Shown: piece by piece, positions 8,642 to 18,594 of the stretch
Layout: every line of letters begins with the position of its first letter
Position numbering within the stretch: the first letter of the stretch is position 1
Source: Gammaproteobacteria bacterium
GTDB lineage: Bacteria > Pseudomonadota > Gammaproteobacteria > Natronospirales > REEB76
Length of the DNA stretch: 64,000 nt
Assembly (NCBI GenBank): GCA_028870845.1
Contig: JAGWOR010000001.1
Span: 58,770-122,769, forward strand
Direction of reading: 5' to 3'
The notes under the pieces: model-generated
What the model saw: the letters and a program-made list of their open reading frames with translations, nothing else
The model's database searches: none
Told to the model about the DNA's origin: nothing
Program-made: the position numbers and the translations under genes

Positions 8642-11029
8642 ATGCGGCGTTTTGTGACACGCTTGCTGGCATTGGCCGGCATCCTGGCCATACTGCTGGC
8701 CGTGGCCGGGTATGCCTGGTTGCGGGCCAGTGCCCCACAGCTGGACGGTAGTGTGATGCTTGCGGGGCTTTCCGCGCCGGTCACAGTGAACCGCGATCAA
8801 TTGGGCGTTCCCAGCATCCACGCCAACAGCCGGCTGGATGCGGCGCGTGTCTTGGGCTATCTGCATGCCCAGGACCGATTTTTCCAGATGGACCTGATGC
8901 GCAGGCTGGCGGCCGGTGAGTTATCCGCACTGGTGGGCCCGGCGGCACTCAAGGTGGATGAACGGCATCGCCTGTTCAGGCTGCGGGCGGTGGCCCGGGA
9001 GGTGCTCCAACAGGCAACGCCGGAGCAACGCAAATATATCCAGGCCTATACTGACGGTGTAAACGCTGGACTGCACGCGCTCAGGAGCTGGCCTTTCGAA
9101 TATGCGCTGTTGAGGCAACGCCCCGGAAACTGGCAGCCGGCAGATTCTGTACTGGTGATCTTCGCCATGTATTTCGATTTGCAGGATGCTTACGACCGGC
9201 GCGAATCGGATCTGGCCCTGATGCGTGCCACGCTCCCCGCCGCATTGTTCAATTTCCTGAATACGCAAGGCACCCGCTGGGATGCACCGCTTGCCGGCCA
9301 GGCGTTCGCAACGCCGGCAATTCCATCCAGTAATCAGGCTGACATCCATGACTGGCCAAAGGCGGACTTTTCCGAAGCAGGCTATGGGCCGTTAGCCGAG
9401 CCCCCGGTGATCGGCAGCAACAGCTTCGCCGTGGATGCGGCCCACAGCGCCGATGGCCACGCGATTCTCGCCACCGACATGCATTTGGGGCTTGCGGTGC
9501 CGAATATCTGGTACCGGGCGCAGCTGATTTATCCGGACTCCAGGCATTCCGGGACAAGCATCACCACCACCGGTGTGACCCTGCCGGGTTTGCCGGTGAT
9601 CGTGGCAGGCAGCAACCAGCACGTGGCCTGGGGGTTCACCAACAGCTACGGGGACTGGGTGGATCGGGTCATGCTGCATTTGAAAGCCGATGATCCAGGC
9701 GAATATCTGACACCAAAAGGCTGGCGTCCATTCACGCAACATCAGGAAATCATCAAGATCGCGGGCCACACAAGTATCCATATGGAGATACGCGAAAGCA
9801 TCTGGGGACCGGTTTCGGGACGGGACCCTAACGGCATCCCCTATGCACTGCATTGGGTGGCGGAGGATCCGGCCGCCACCAACCTGGAACTGGGCGACAT
9901 GGACCAGGCTCAAAACGAGCAGCAGGCCATGGCGGTCGCCAACCGCGCCGGTATGCCGGAACAGAATTTCCTGGTGGCGGATGCCGACGGCAACATTGCC
10001 TGGACCATCGCCGGCCGAATCCCGGTACGCTCCGGTTACGATCCGAATTTCCCGGCTTATTGGGACAAGTCGGGAGTCGGATGGCTGGGCTGGCTTGCGC
10101 CCGACCGCTATCCGCGCATCGTCAATCCAGCCGATGGCCGCCTGTGGACCGCCAATAACCGCGTCGTGGACGGCGACATGCTCAAGCTAATCGGCAACGG
10201 TGGATACGATCTGGGAGCGCGCGCCCGGCAATTGCGCAATGACCTCATGGCCAGGGACAAGTTTTCACCCGTGGAAATGCTGGCCATCCAGCTGGATGAC
10301 CGCGCAGTATTTCTGCAACGCTGGCGTGCGCTGTTGTTGCAATTGTTGACGCAAGCACGCATCCAGGGGCATGCGCGGCGTACCCAGTTTCTGCATTACG
10401 TGCTGGATTGGGGCGGCCGGGCGAATATCGATTCCGTCGGCTACCGGCTGGTCAGGGATTTCCGCGAGCGTGTAGAGCAGATGGTTTTCGGTGCGCTGAC
10501 CGCGCCCTGTAAAAAACTGGATCCGGATTTCGATTACCACGTGCTTAGCCAGCGCGAAGGCCCGTTATGGGCCATGGTCACGCAGCAGCCAGACAATCTG
10601 CTGGATCCAGAATATCCATCCTGGGACGAGCTGCTGCTGGCGGCGGTGGATCAGGTGGACAAGTCCTTATGGGTGCCCGGATCCGGCCTGGTCAGCCGCA
10701 CCTGGGGCCAGCACAACACCGTTCACATTCGCCAGCCCATGAGCCGTGGACTGCATGTCCTGTCGCATTGGCTGAATATGGCACCGGTAGAATTGCCGGG
10801 TGACAGCAACATGCCGCGGGTGCAGGGGGTAAGCTTCGGGGCCTCGGAGCGTCTGGATGTGGAGCCGGGCCATGAGCAGAACGGCATTTTTGAAATGCCC
10901 ACCGGCCAAAGCGGCTATCCGCTGTCGCCGTTCTATCGCAACAGCCAGCCCGCCTGGGAGCAGGGTATTCCCGCACCGTTCCTGCCGGGGAAAGCCCGTC
11001 ACACCCTGGTATTTCAGCCCTCCATGTGA
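8642..11029 (+). CDS. penicillin acylase (S45, Ntn-hydrolase) family protein, possibly an acyl-homoserine-lactone or siderophore acylase
   Basis: 795 aa. It has an N-terminal signal/anchor LLALAGILAILLAVAGYAWL, RFFQMDLMRR in the alpha-subunit, and a candidate autoprocessing site and nucleophile at GSNSFAVD. Confidence 0.85.
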   Translation: MRRFVTRLLALAGILAILLAVAGYAWLRASAPQLDGSVMLAGLSAPVTVNRDQLGVPSIHANSRLDAARVLGYLHAQDRFFQMDLMRRLAAGELSALVGPAALKVDERHRLFRLRAVAREVLQQATPEQRKYIQAYTDGVNAGLHALRSWPFEYALLRQRPGNWQPADSVLVIFAMYFDLQDAYDRRESDLALMRATLPAALFNFLNTQGTRWDAPLAGQAFATPAIPSSNQADIHDWPKADFSEAGYGPLAEPPVIGSNSFAVDAAHSADGHAILATDMHLGLAVPNIWYRAQLIYPDSRHSGTSITTTGVTLPGLPVIVAGSNQHVAWGFTNSYGDWVDRVMLHLKADDPGEYLTPKGWRPFTQHQEIIKIAGHTSIHMEIRESIWGPVSGRDPNGIPYALHWVAEDPAATNLELGDMDQAQNEQQAMAVANRAGMPEQNFLVADADGNIAWTIAGRIPVRSGYDPNFPAYWDKSGVGWLGWLAPDRYPRIVNPADGRLWTANNRVVDGDMLKLIGNGGYDLGARARQLRNDLMARDKFSPVEMLAIQLDDRAVFLQRWRALLLQLLTQARIQGHARRTQFLHYVLDWGGRANIDSVGYRLVRDFRERVEQMVFGALTAPCKKLDPDFDYHVLSQREGPLWAMVTQQPDNLLDPEYPSWDELLLAAVDQVDKSLWVPGSGLVSRTWGQHNTVHIRQPMSRGLHVLSHWLNMAPVELPGDSNMPRVQGVSFGASERLDVEPGHEQNGIFEMPTGQSGYPLSPFYRNSQPAWEQGIPAPFLPGKARHTLVFQPSM

Positions 11030-11820
11030 TTGCCGGCGGTTTGCGACACCACTTCCGGTAACCCGTGTGCCGACGCTGCGCGCGGCCTTGCTTCCAGCCA
11101 TTGAATCAGCGGATCCCAGTCGCGCAGATCCTGCCGGTTCTTGTGGGCAATGAGTTCGTGGATGCCCAGCCCGGTTTCGGCGGCATGCACGTAGTTCTGG
11201 GTATCGCGCAAGCTGGTGATAAAGGCAATATTCAGGCCCTGGAGAAAATGCTGCAGTTTTTCATAGATGAGCGTGTGCTTTTTCACCCGGTTGGCCACGA
11301 TGGCTACGCGTTCGGCGTGTTGTGCGACCCGGCCCACCAGCAGCAAGTCAGCTATGCAGCGCGACACGGCGTGGATGTCGATAGCCGAGGGTAGCACGGG
11401 TATGAGGATGGCATCGGCATCACGGGTGAATTCTTTCAGGGAAAAACTGTCCAAGGCTGCAGGCGTATCCACGATCAAGCGTTCGGTCGCGTGCGGCGCG
11501 CGTACCTGGAAGCTGCGGGTGACGCGGCCGCTGCGTTGCGCACCATCAATGGCGGCGATGGCCGCCGGTTTGTCGCCACGATTCCTGAGCCATTGCAGGC
11601 TCGAGCCCTGGATGTCGGCATCCAGGAGTGCGGTGCGGTAACCGTGGGATGCGTAATAACCCGCCAGATTGGTGCATAGTGTGGTTTTGCCGCAGCCACC
11701 CTTGGTATTGAGGGCCACGATGCGCAGCAGCGGCCGTGGAGCCATGGCCGGCGGGTTTTGCGCCCGCTGATCCAGCGGTACGTGCCTGGGTTTGGATTGC
11801 CAAAGTTTAAGGTTCAGCAT
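11014..11820 (-). CDS. ParA/MinD-family P-loop ATPase (orphan)
   Basis: The deviant Walker A is LNTKGGCGKTT, with LLDADIQGSS and VDTPAAL also present. The start is uncertain (11820 or ATG 11745) and neither has a good SD. The 3' end overlaps the convergent acylase gene by 16 nt. Confidence 0.75.
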   Translation of the reverse strand: MLNLKLWQSKPRHVPLDQRAQNPPAMAPRPLLRIVALNTKGGCGKTTLCTNLAGYYASHGYRTALLDADIQGSSLQWLRNRGDKPAAIAAIDGAQRSGRVTRSFQVRAPHATERLIVDTPAALDSFSLKEFTRDADAILIPVLPSAIDIHAVSRCIADLLLVGRVAQHAERVAIVANRVKKHTLIYEKLQHFLQGLNIAFITSLRDTQNYVHAAETGLGIHELIAHKNRQDLRDWDPLIQWLEARPRAASAHGLPEVVSQTAGNHMEG

Positions 11821-12116
11821 GTTAACCGGTCCGAATTACACGATGGGTAAACTGCTTACCGCGGTGGTTCAGCGGGCAATTGCCAGCTTTCTGATTTGGC
11901 TGGTATTTGCATGCTCATGATCTTACTATCTGCCCGCCAGGTCCATAAAATTACCGGCGAGAATCGCGGCCCAGGTATTATGGGATGTGTACACCCACGA
12001 CTCTCAATCAGAATTTCCCCGGCATTTAGCGCCACATCTGACATAACAACCTCCAAATAATCCCGGATTTATGATCCCAACCACGTACCCGTTCGACATT
12101 CACTTGGTGGCTACGC

Positions 12117-13328
12117 GTGCACGAGCAGCACATCCTCCAGTCAGCAGCTTACACGTCGCGTATGCATGACGATTCGGGCCGTGGGCGTAAACTGGGGCTG
12201 GTGCTGCCGGGCGGCGGTGCGCGTGCCGCATACCAGGCGGGGGTGCTGTCGGCCATCGCCGAATTGCTGCCATCCAATGCCGCCAATCCGTTTCCGATCA
12301 TTACCGGCACATCGGCGGGCGCCATCAATGCGGCCTTCATCGCAACCAATGCCGGACATTTCAGCCGGGGCGTCGAACAGTTGGCGGGCGTATGGAAGCA
12401 TATTCACAGCGACCAGGTGTTCCGCACCGACTCGCTGACCATACTCCGGAACGCCATGTATTGGCTGTTGGCGCTCATCAATACCAATTTCGCGCACAAC
12501 CGGCCTCTCGTGCTGCTGGATAACTCGCCATTGCGGCGATTATTGGAGCAGCACATCGTGTTTGCGCGAATGTCTGAGTTGATCGATGGCGGCAGTCTTG
12601 AAGCGCTGGCCATCACCTGTTCCGGTTACACCTCTGCGCGTGCCGTGACTTTCTATCAGGGAAGAACCGGCTTAATGCCCTGGCAGCGCACCCGCCGGCT
12701 GGGACAGCCCGCGGAGCTGCGCCTGGACCACATCATGGCATCGGTGTCGCTGCCGGCGTTATTCCCGGCGGTGCGCATCGATCGCGAGTACTTCGGTGAT
12801 GGCTCACTGCGCCAGGCGGCGCCACTCAGTCCCGCGGTTCACCTGGGAGCGAACCGGCTGCTGGTGATCGGGGTACGCGATGAACAACCCAACAGGCTGC
12901 CGGACGAAACTGAACAGATCACGTATCCGCCGCTCGGCCAGATCGCGGGTTATCTGCTGGACGTGATCTTCAGCGACAGGATATATACCGATCTGGAGCG
13001 ATTGCAGCGTATTAATGCAACCATCGCCCACATGTCCCGGCAGGAACTGGATGAACAGCCGCTCAGGAGCATCGACACCCTGGTAATCGTGCCCAGCGAT
13101 GACATCCGCGAGATCGCCAGGCGCCACATGCGTGAACTTCCCTCCAGCATGCGGCTCCTGTTGCGCGCCATGGGCGGTTTGCACAAGAGCGGCAGCCAGT
13201 TGCTGAGCTACCTGCTGTTCGAAGCCGGCTACTGCCAGGAATTGACGCAGCTCGGCAGGAAGGACGGGCTGGCGCAGGCGGACAAGATCATCCGATTCCT
13301 GGCGGATGATGCCGGCGAGGCGCGCTAA
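12117..13328 (+). CDS. patatin-like phospholipase family protein
   Basis: The oxyanion motif is LVLPGGGARAAYQAGV, the lipase serine is in GTSAGAINAA, and the catalytic Asp is in FGDGSL. The start is uncertain (GTG 12117 or ATG 12162). Confidence 0.85.
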   Translation: MHEQHILQSAAYTSRMHDDSGRGRKLGLVLPGGGARAAYQAGVLSAIAELLPSNAANPFPIITGTSAGAINAAFIATNAGHFSRGVEQLAGVWKHIHSDQVFRTDSLTILRNAMYWLLALINTNFAHNRPLVLLDNSPLRRLLEQHIVFARMSELIDGGSLEALAITCSGYTSARAVTFYQGRTGLMPWQRTRRLGQPAELRLDHIMASVSLPALFPAVRIDREYFGDGSLRQAAPLSPAVHLGANRLLVIGVRDEQPNRLPDETEQITYPPLGQIAGYLLDVIFSDRIYTDLERLQRINATIAHMSRQELDEQPLRSIDTLVIVPSDDIREIARRHMRELPSSMRLLLRAMGGLHKSGSQLLSYLLFEAGYCQELTQLGRKDGLAQADKIIRFLADDAGEAR

Positions 13329-13334
13329 AACCGA

Positions 13335-14192
13335 TCATTTCAATTCGTTGTGTCTTACCAGTACTTCACGTCCCAGTTCACGGAAATGGGCCGCAAGTTT
13401 CTCAACCACGTAAACCGAACGGTGATAGCCTCCGGTACAGCCGACCGAGACCGTCAGGTACTGTCGATTGGATGATTCAAACTGGGGTATCCAGTGAGCC
13501 AGCAGGGTGCGCAGATCCTGTACGAAGCGCTGGCCCACCGGACTTTCGTCCAGGAAACGCACGACATCCGGGTCCTTGCCCGTCAATGCCCGCAAGCTGG
13601 GTTCCCAGTACGGATTTGGCAGGCCGCGGGCATCGAATATGAAGTCCGAATCGCCCGGCAGTCCGTGACGGAAGCCGAATGACTGCAGCATCAGCGAGAG
13701 TCCGCGCCGCTCGCCCCGGTGGATGCGTTCTCGCACCAGTTCCCGCAGGTCGTGTATCGAGGTGCGCGTGGTATCCAGTACCACATCAGCTTCATCCGCA
13801 ATCACACCCAAGAGTTCGCGTTCCGCGCGGATCGCGTCGCGTAATAAACGTCCCTTTTCGGCCAACGGGTGTGGACGGTGGGTTTCGTTATAACGCTTCA
13901 GCAGCACGCCTTCTTCGGCGTGCAAAAATACGATTTCGCACTCAATGCCCTGGGTGCGCAGCTGGCGGACCGTAGCCGGCACGGACTGGATGTCCTCCAG
14001 GCGGTTGCGTGCATCGATGCCGATGGCCATGTCCTGGTATGCAGGATCCCTGCTTAACAGGGTGACGCGCACGAATTCCTGCAGCAGGCTCGCGGGAATA
14101 TTATCGACACAGTAATAGTCCAGATCCTCGAGCATGTGCAACGCCACGGATTTCCCGGAACCGGACAAACCGCTGAGGATGACTAGGCGCAT
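13335..14192 (-). CDS. rapZ: RNase adapter protein RapZ
   Basis: 285 aa. The sequences MRLVILSGLSGSGKSVALHMLEDLDYYCVDNIP and the C-terminal CTGGYHRSV are diagnostic of RapZ/YhbJ. Confidence 0.95.
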   Translation of the reverse strand: MRLVILSGLSGSGKSVALHMLEDLDYYCVDNIPASLLQEFVRVTLLSRDPAYQDMAIGIDARNRLEDIQSVPATVRQLRTQGIECEIVFLHAEEGVLLKRYNETHRPHPLAEKGRLLRDAIRAERELLGVIADEADVVLDTTRTSIHDLRELVRERIHRGERRGLSLMLQSFGFRHGLPGDSDFIFDARGLPNPYWEPSLRALTGKDPDVVRFLDESPVGQRFVQDLRTLLAHWIPQFESSNRQYLTVSVGCTGGYHRSVYVVEKLAAHFRELGREVLVRHNELK

Positions 14193-14259
14193 GCGCCAGC
14201 TGCGGATGGATTGGCGACGATCTGCATGCCGTTAGCATACCTGCTGGCCGTGAGAATGC

Positions 14260-14290
14260 AAAAAAACGGCGCACCCGGCAGGCGCGCCGT
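14260..14290 (-). terminator. rho-independent terminator downstream of hpf
   Basis: On the minus strand, the stem ACGGCGC...GCGCCGT (7 bp, GC-rich) is followed by a T7 run. It lies about 30 nt after the hpf stop. Confidence 0.7.
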
Positions 14291-14321
14291 TCTTAATAAC
14301 GGCATTCAGGAATCCCAGCGG

Positions 14322-14645
14322 CTAGGAGGCGGTGCCAGTGCGCACACTGGTCCGGTCGCTGTGCGCCAGGTGTTTTTCCTTGTATTTCTTGATCTGGCGG
14401 TCGAGTTTATCGGTAAGTGCATCGATGGCCGCGTACATATCCTTGTCCACCGCGTCGGCAAAAATCTTGCCTTGTACCACCGGCAAAGTGGCTTCCGCCC
14501 GATGTTCTAGCTTTGCGACCGTCAACACCACATGCACATCTGTGACATGGTCGAAATGCCGCTCCAGTCGTTCTAATTTGGTATGTATGTAACTGCGGAT
14601 CGCAGGTGTGATTTCCAGATGTTGTCCTGTGATGTTGATTTGCAT
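14322..14645 (-). CDS. hpf: ribosome hibernation promoting factor (short HPF)
   Basis: 107 aa. The sequence is MQINITGQHLEITPAIRSYIHTKLERLERHF...DMYAAIDALTDKLDRQIKKYKEK. It lies immediately downstream of rpoN. Confidence 0.95.
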   Translation of the reverse strand: MQINITGQHLEITPAIRSYIHTKLERLERHFDHVTDVHVVLTVAKLEHRAEATLPVVQGKIFADAVDKDMYAAIDALTDKLDRQIKKYKEKHLAHSDRTSVRTGTAS

Positions 14646-14670
14646 GTTCTACTCCTGCTTTTTGAGTTTG

Positions 14671-16107
14671 TTACCCCGTTGTGAGGCGTTTACGTTTGTG
14701 CGCCGGAGGAATGGCCATGGACTCGCGGTATTTCGCAACCGTGCGTCTGGCCACGCGTATCCCGCGGCTCACAAGCTCCTTGGTAATACGATCATCACTC
14801 AATGGATTATTCGGATCCTCCTGTACCAGCAGCTTCCGGATTAGTGCGCGGATTGCAACGGCTGACAGTGCGCCGCCGTTATCTGTAGACAATTCATTGG
14901 AGAAAAAGTGCCTGAACGCGTAGGTTCCACGAGGAGTGGCAAGGTGCTTGTTTGCGACCACGCGTGAAATGGTGGATTCGTGCAGCCCCAGTTCGGAAGC
15001 CAGGTCTTTGAGCATCAGCGGGCGCATGGCTTCCTCGCCGGACTCCAGAAAATCCGCCTGATGGCGCACGATGCATTCAGCAACCCTCAACAGGGTCTGG
15101 TTGCGCATCTTGATGCTGCGGATCAACCAGCGTGCTTCCTGCAACTGACGGCCCAAGTCCGCATTCTCGGTATTACGCCCGCGGCGGATAGCGCTTGCAT
15201 ACATGGTGTTGACACGCAAACGCGGCGCAATCGCCGGATTGAGCTCCACCACCCAGCGGCCACCATGCCGTGACAGCACCACATCGGGGATGATGAAGTC
15301 CACGGCACCGGAGGCAAGCGCGGTTCCCGGCCTCGGGTTTAGCGAGTGGATCATGGCGACGGCGGCATCCAGAAGTTCCCTGCTGATATCCAGCTGGCGG
15401 CACAGCTGCGCATGCATGTTGTCCGCCAGTTCCTGCAACCGGTCTTTGGCGATGCGCAGCGCCGCTTCCCTGGCCGCAGAGGGGTGCAGCTGGCGCAGTT
15501 GGATGCACAGGCACTCGCTCAGGTCGCGGGCCGCCACCCCGGGCGGATCCAGCAACTGGATATGGTGCAGCACCGCCTCCATTTCTTCGGGCTCCGGCAG
15601 GTCATCGTGCCCGCCAAATGCCTGCCGCAATTCTTCCAGGCTTGCGGTCAGATAGCCGTCATCGTTCAGGCTGTCGATGATCAGTGTGCCGATGGCCGCA
15701 TCCCGTGCGCTTAAACGTGTCAACTCCAGTTGCTGATGCAGATATTCCTGCAGACTGACATCCACTGGTGAGTTGTGTTCTGGAAGGTCCTGTTCGGCTC
15801 CGCCCCCCCATGACACATCAACATCGGCGCTGTCCCATTCCACGACCGCGGGTTCTTCAGCGGTTTCGGGTTGCGTCGTCGGCAAGGGCTCGCTTTCCAT
15901 GGGCGCGGGCACTTGCATGTCATCACCCGGCGGGGATTCCTCGCCATCCTCGGCTTTTTCCAGCAGCAGATTGTTTTCCAGTGCCTGTTGCACTATGTCG
16001 CGCAATTCAATCGCCGACATTTGCAACAGTCCCAGAGCCTGACGCAGCTCCGGCGTCATGGCGAGCCGGTGGATTTGCTGCAGGCCTAAAGAGGCTTTCA
16101 AAGTCAT
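14671..16107 (-). CDS. rpoN: RNA polymerase sigma-54 factor
   Basis: Region I is MTLKASLGLQQIHRLAMTPELRQALGLLQMS, followed by an acidic region II and the RpoN box ARRTVAKYRE. The start at 16107 fits the canonical N-terminus. The ORF is open to 16170. Confidence 0.95.
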   Translation of the reverse strand: MTLKASLGLQQIHRLAMTPELRQALGLLQMSAIELRDIVQQALENNLLLEKAEDGEESPPGDDMQVPAPMESEPLPTTQPETAEEPAVVEWDSADVDVSWGGGAEQDLPEHNSPVDVSLQEYLHQQLELTRLSARDAAIGTLIIDSLNDDGYLTASLEELRQAFGGHDDLPEPEEMEAVLHHIQLLDPPGVAARDLSECLCIQLRQLHPSAAREAALRIAKDRLQELADNMHAQLCRQLDISRELLDAAVAMIHSLNPRPGTALASGAVDFIIPDVVLSRHGGRWVVELNPAIAPRLRVNTMYASAIRRGRNTENADLGRQLQEARWLIRSIKMRNQTLLRVAECIVRHQADFLESGEEAMRPLMLKDLASELGLHESTISRVVANKHLATPRGTYAFRHFFSNELSTDNGGALSAVAIRALIRKLLVQEDPNNPLSDDRITKELVSRGIRVARRTVAKYRESMAIPPAHKRKRLTTG

Positions 16108-16218
16108 CGATCCTTCTGGCAAACGGCGCTTAACATGCGTGTAAAGGGTAACCGCAGCATACCATTCCAATGCAGCCCGCCGTGATTGGCTGCTTCTGGC
16201 ACGAATGCGTATATATAG

Positions 16219-16944
16219 TTATAGACGAAAATTTTCGCCCAGGTAGACTTCCCGCACCTGGCGGTTGGCAAGGATAGACTCAGGCGAACCATCAGCGATC
16301 ACCTGGCCATTGCTGATGATGTATGCCCGCGAACAGATTCCCAGGGTCTCGCGCACGTTGTGATCGGTCACCAGTATGCCGATATCGCGGGCCTTGAGGT
16401 GGGCAATGATGTGCTGGATGTCGATGACGGAAATTGGATCAACACCGGCGAATGGCTCGTCCAGCAGCATATAGAACGGATCCGCGGCCAGGGCGCGGGC
16501 AATTTCCACCCGCCGCCGTTCGCCGCCAGACAATGACAGCCCCAGTGAATCCCGCAGATGGGCCACGTGCAGTTCATCCATTAATTCCTGGAGGCGTCGA
16601 GCGCGCTCCGCCTTTTTTAGCCCCGGCCTGGATTCCAGAATGGCCTGGATGTTCTGCGCCACGGTCAATTTCCGGAATACGGACGCTTCCTGGGGTAGAT
16701 AGCCCAGGCCCAGACGCGCTCTAGCGTGCACCGGCAAACTGGTGACTTCCTGGTCGTTGATGAAAATGCGCCCACCGTCGGCGGGTACCAGGCCCACAAT
16801 CATGTAAAAAGATGTGGTTTTGCCGGCGCCATTGGGACCCAACAACCCGACCACCTCGCCGCGCGCCACTTCCAGGGAAACATTGCGCACCACCTCACGG
16901 CGGCGGTAGCGTTTCACCAGGTGCTCGGCACGCAAGGTATTCAT
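16219..16944 (-). CDS. lptB: LPS export ABC transporter ATP-binding protein LptB
   Basis: 241 aa with [24 protein letters not shown] and [11 protein letters not shown]. It sits in an lptC-lptA-lptB-rpoN context. Confidence 0.95.
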   Translation of the reverse strand: MNTLRAEHLVKRYRRREVVRNVSLEVARGEVVGLLGPNGAGKTTSFYMIVGLVPADGGRIFINDQEVTSLPVHARARLGLGYLPQEASVFRKLTVAQNIQAILESRPGLKKAERARRLQELMDELHVAHLRDSLGLSLSGGERRRVEIARALAADPFYMLLDEPFAGVDPISVIDIQHIIAHLKARDIGILVTDHNVRETLGICSRAYIISNGQVIADGSPESILANRQVREVYLGENFRL

Positions 16945-17546
16945 GCGATGCCGTTCTGGCTGGCGCCAGCCGAAGGCGGTGGAATTACCGGGGGCTTTTG
17001 TTTGTGTTTGTGCTTTTTGGTTTGTGGAGCAGCCGTAGCCGCCTTGGGTGGCAAGGTGATATTGACGCGCCCGCCACTGGATTCGCCGCCGATAGCGACC
17101 ACATGCTGGGTGCGCGTGTTGTATTTGATTTTATCGCCAGTCATCTGGCGCTCACCCTGCTGCACCAATGCATTTCCGCGCAGCACAATTAAATTCTTAT
17201 CAGCGCTATAAATAATCTCGCTCGCCATTCCATGCGACAACAGGCCGTTGTCAGCCCGCTGCTGAAAAGTTGCCGGTGCTCCGGTGATGTCGGCGGACTG
17301 CACCTGATTGTCCTGGGTGAGCAATACCGCCCTGTCTGCGGTAATGCGTATGCTGCCCTGGGTTATTACTACGTGCCCTGAGTAGATGCCGGTCCCGCTG
17401 TTCTTGCTGGTATCGTTCTGAAAATCGACATGGTCCGCTTGCACGTGGATGGGCTGGCTGCCGTCGCTCTTCAAGGCCCAGGCGGAAGTCGCTATACACC
17501 ACGCGCATACCAGCAGCAAGCAGCGCGATTTATTTCTTCTGGACAT
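16941..17546 (-). CDS. lptA: LPS transport periplasmic protein LptA
   Basis: The signal peptide is [15 protein letters not shown], followed by OstA-like repeats. The start at 17546 overlaps the lptC 3' end, and the ORF is open to 17609. The C-terminal tail is Lys/His/Pro-rich. Confidence 0.85.
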   Translation of the reverse strand: MSRRNKSRCLLLVCAWCIATSAWALKSDGSQPIHVQADHVDFQNDTSKNSGTGIYSGHVVITQGSIRITADRAVLLTQDNQVQSADITGAPATFQQRADNGLLSHGMASEIIYSADKNLIVLRGNALVQQGERQMTGDKIKYNTRTQHVVAIGGESSGGRVNITLPPKAATAAPQTKKHKHKQKPPVIPPPSAGASQNGIA

Positions 17547-18096
17547 AGTAGCCCCGAGCCTCGGTCTCCAACTGCAGGCGATTTTCCTTGAGATTGGCGT
17601 GCATTCCAACCCCGCTCATACGGCTGGTTCCCTGGGTGATTTCCACCGGAGCTGCGCTGGTGGCGATGTAGGTATTCAGATACAGGTTCATTTGATCCGT
17701 ATGTATGACCAGAGGCTGACCATCGCGGTTACCCGCATGCCGGATTACCACATGACCGTTGAGTTCCACCAGTTTCCCGCCGGCCGGCATCAGGGCGTGA
17801 TCCGCTTGCAGATGCCAAGGCTGCTCACCGGCCACGAAATACTCCACTCGCGGGGTGAAGACTTCCACGCTGTCATTATCAGGATGGTGCAGTATACGCA
17901 GCGCGGTCATGATGGCTTTCGGCTTGCCCTCTTCATTCAGCATGGTCACGGTGGCATCGGTGAAGTAGTAGTCAGGCGCATGGCTGACGGGCGGGGATTT
18001 CTGGATGACCGGGGGCGTCACGTGCCTGAGCAGCCACCAGGTACCCGCGGCGGACAGCGCCAGGATAATTACCAGCAGCCAGATGCGCAGATTCAC
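17530..18096 (-). CDS. lptC: LPS export system protein LptC
   Basis: There is a single N-terminal TM (IWLLVIILALSAAGTWWLL). The gene lies between kdsC and lptA. Its proposed GTG start overlaps the kdsC stop (GTGA). The ORF is open to 18234. Confidence 0.8.
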   Translation of the reverse strand: MNLRIWLLVIILALSAAGTWWLLRHVTPPVIQKSPPVSHAPDYYFTDATVTMLNEEGKPKAIMTALRILHHPDNDSVEVFTPRVEYFVAGEQPWHLQADHALMPAGGKLVELNGHVVIRHAGNRDGQPLVIHTDQMNLYLNTYIATSAAPVEITQGTSRMSGVGMHANLKENRLQLETEARGYYVQKK

Positions 18097-18593
18097 CCGC
18101 CCGCATTCCGCGCTGCAAGAATCAAATCGCACACTTCCCGCACCGCACCGCGACCGCCTGGCGCAGTTGTGCACCAATGCGCCTTGGCGCGAATCTCGGG
18201 TTGGGCATCCGCCACCGCGATCGCGAGTCCGCATGCCAGCATCAGTGGCAGATCCGCCAGGTCGTCTCCCACACAGGCGGTTTGTAGCGGCCGCAAGCCC
18301 AGGTCTTTCAGCAGCTGTTCATAGATCGGCTGTTTTTGATCATCGCCCTGGAATAGGTGCCGGACCCCAAGTTCCTGCATGCGTGTGGTCACTGCTTTGG
18401 ATTTGCGCCCGGAGATCACCGCTACCTGCACACCATCGCGAAGCAGCGACTTTATGCCATGGCCGTCGCGGACATGAAAACACTTGAGTTCCTCGCCATA
18501 CGCGCCGTAATACAGCCGGCCGTCGGTGAACACGCCGTCCAGGTCGAAAACCACCAGGAGTATGCCCGAGGCAAGTCTGTGGATGTCCTGCAT
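18093..18593 (-). CDS. kdsC: 3-deoxy-D-manno-octulosonate 8-phosphate phosphatase KdsC
   Basis: 166 aa with the HAD motifs VVFDLDGVFTDG and GDDLADLP. It lies downstream of kdsD. Confidence 0.9.
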   Translation of the reverse strand: MQDIHRLASGILLVVFDLDGVFTDGRLYYGAYGEELKCFHVRDGHGIKSLLRDGVQVAVISGRKSKAVTTRMQELGVRHLFQGDDQKQPIYEQLLKDLGLRPLQTACVGDDLADLPLMLACGLAIAVADAQPEIRAKAHWCTTAPGGRGAVREVCDLILAARNAGG

Positions 18594-18594
18594 T

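Noticed and set aside
14211-14510. A 99-aa plus-strand ORF spanning the rapZ-hpf spacer and running antisense into hpf.
   Set aside because: It overlaps hpf and the terminator hairpin. It has no RBS and no recognisable family.
16197-16212. TGGCAC on the plus strand upstream of lptB/rpoN, considered as a sigma-54 -24 element.
   Set aside because: There is no TTGC-like -12 element at the required spacing (the sequence reads TGGCACGAATGCGTAT). It is also on the strand opposite to all neighbouring genes.
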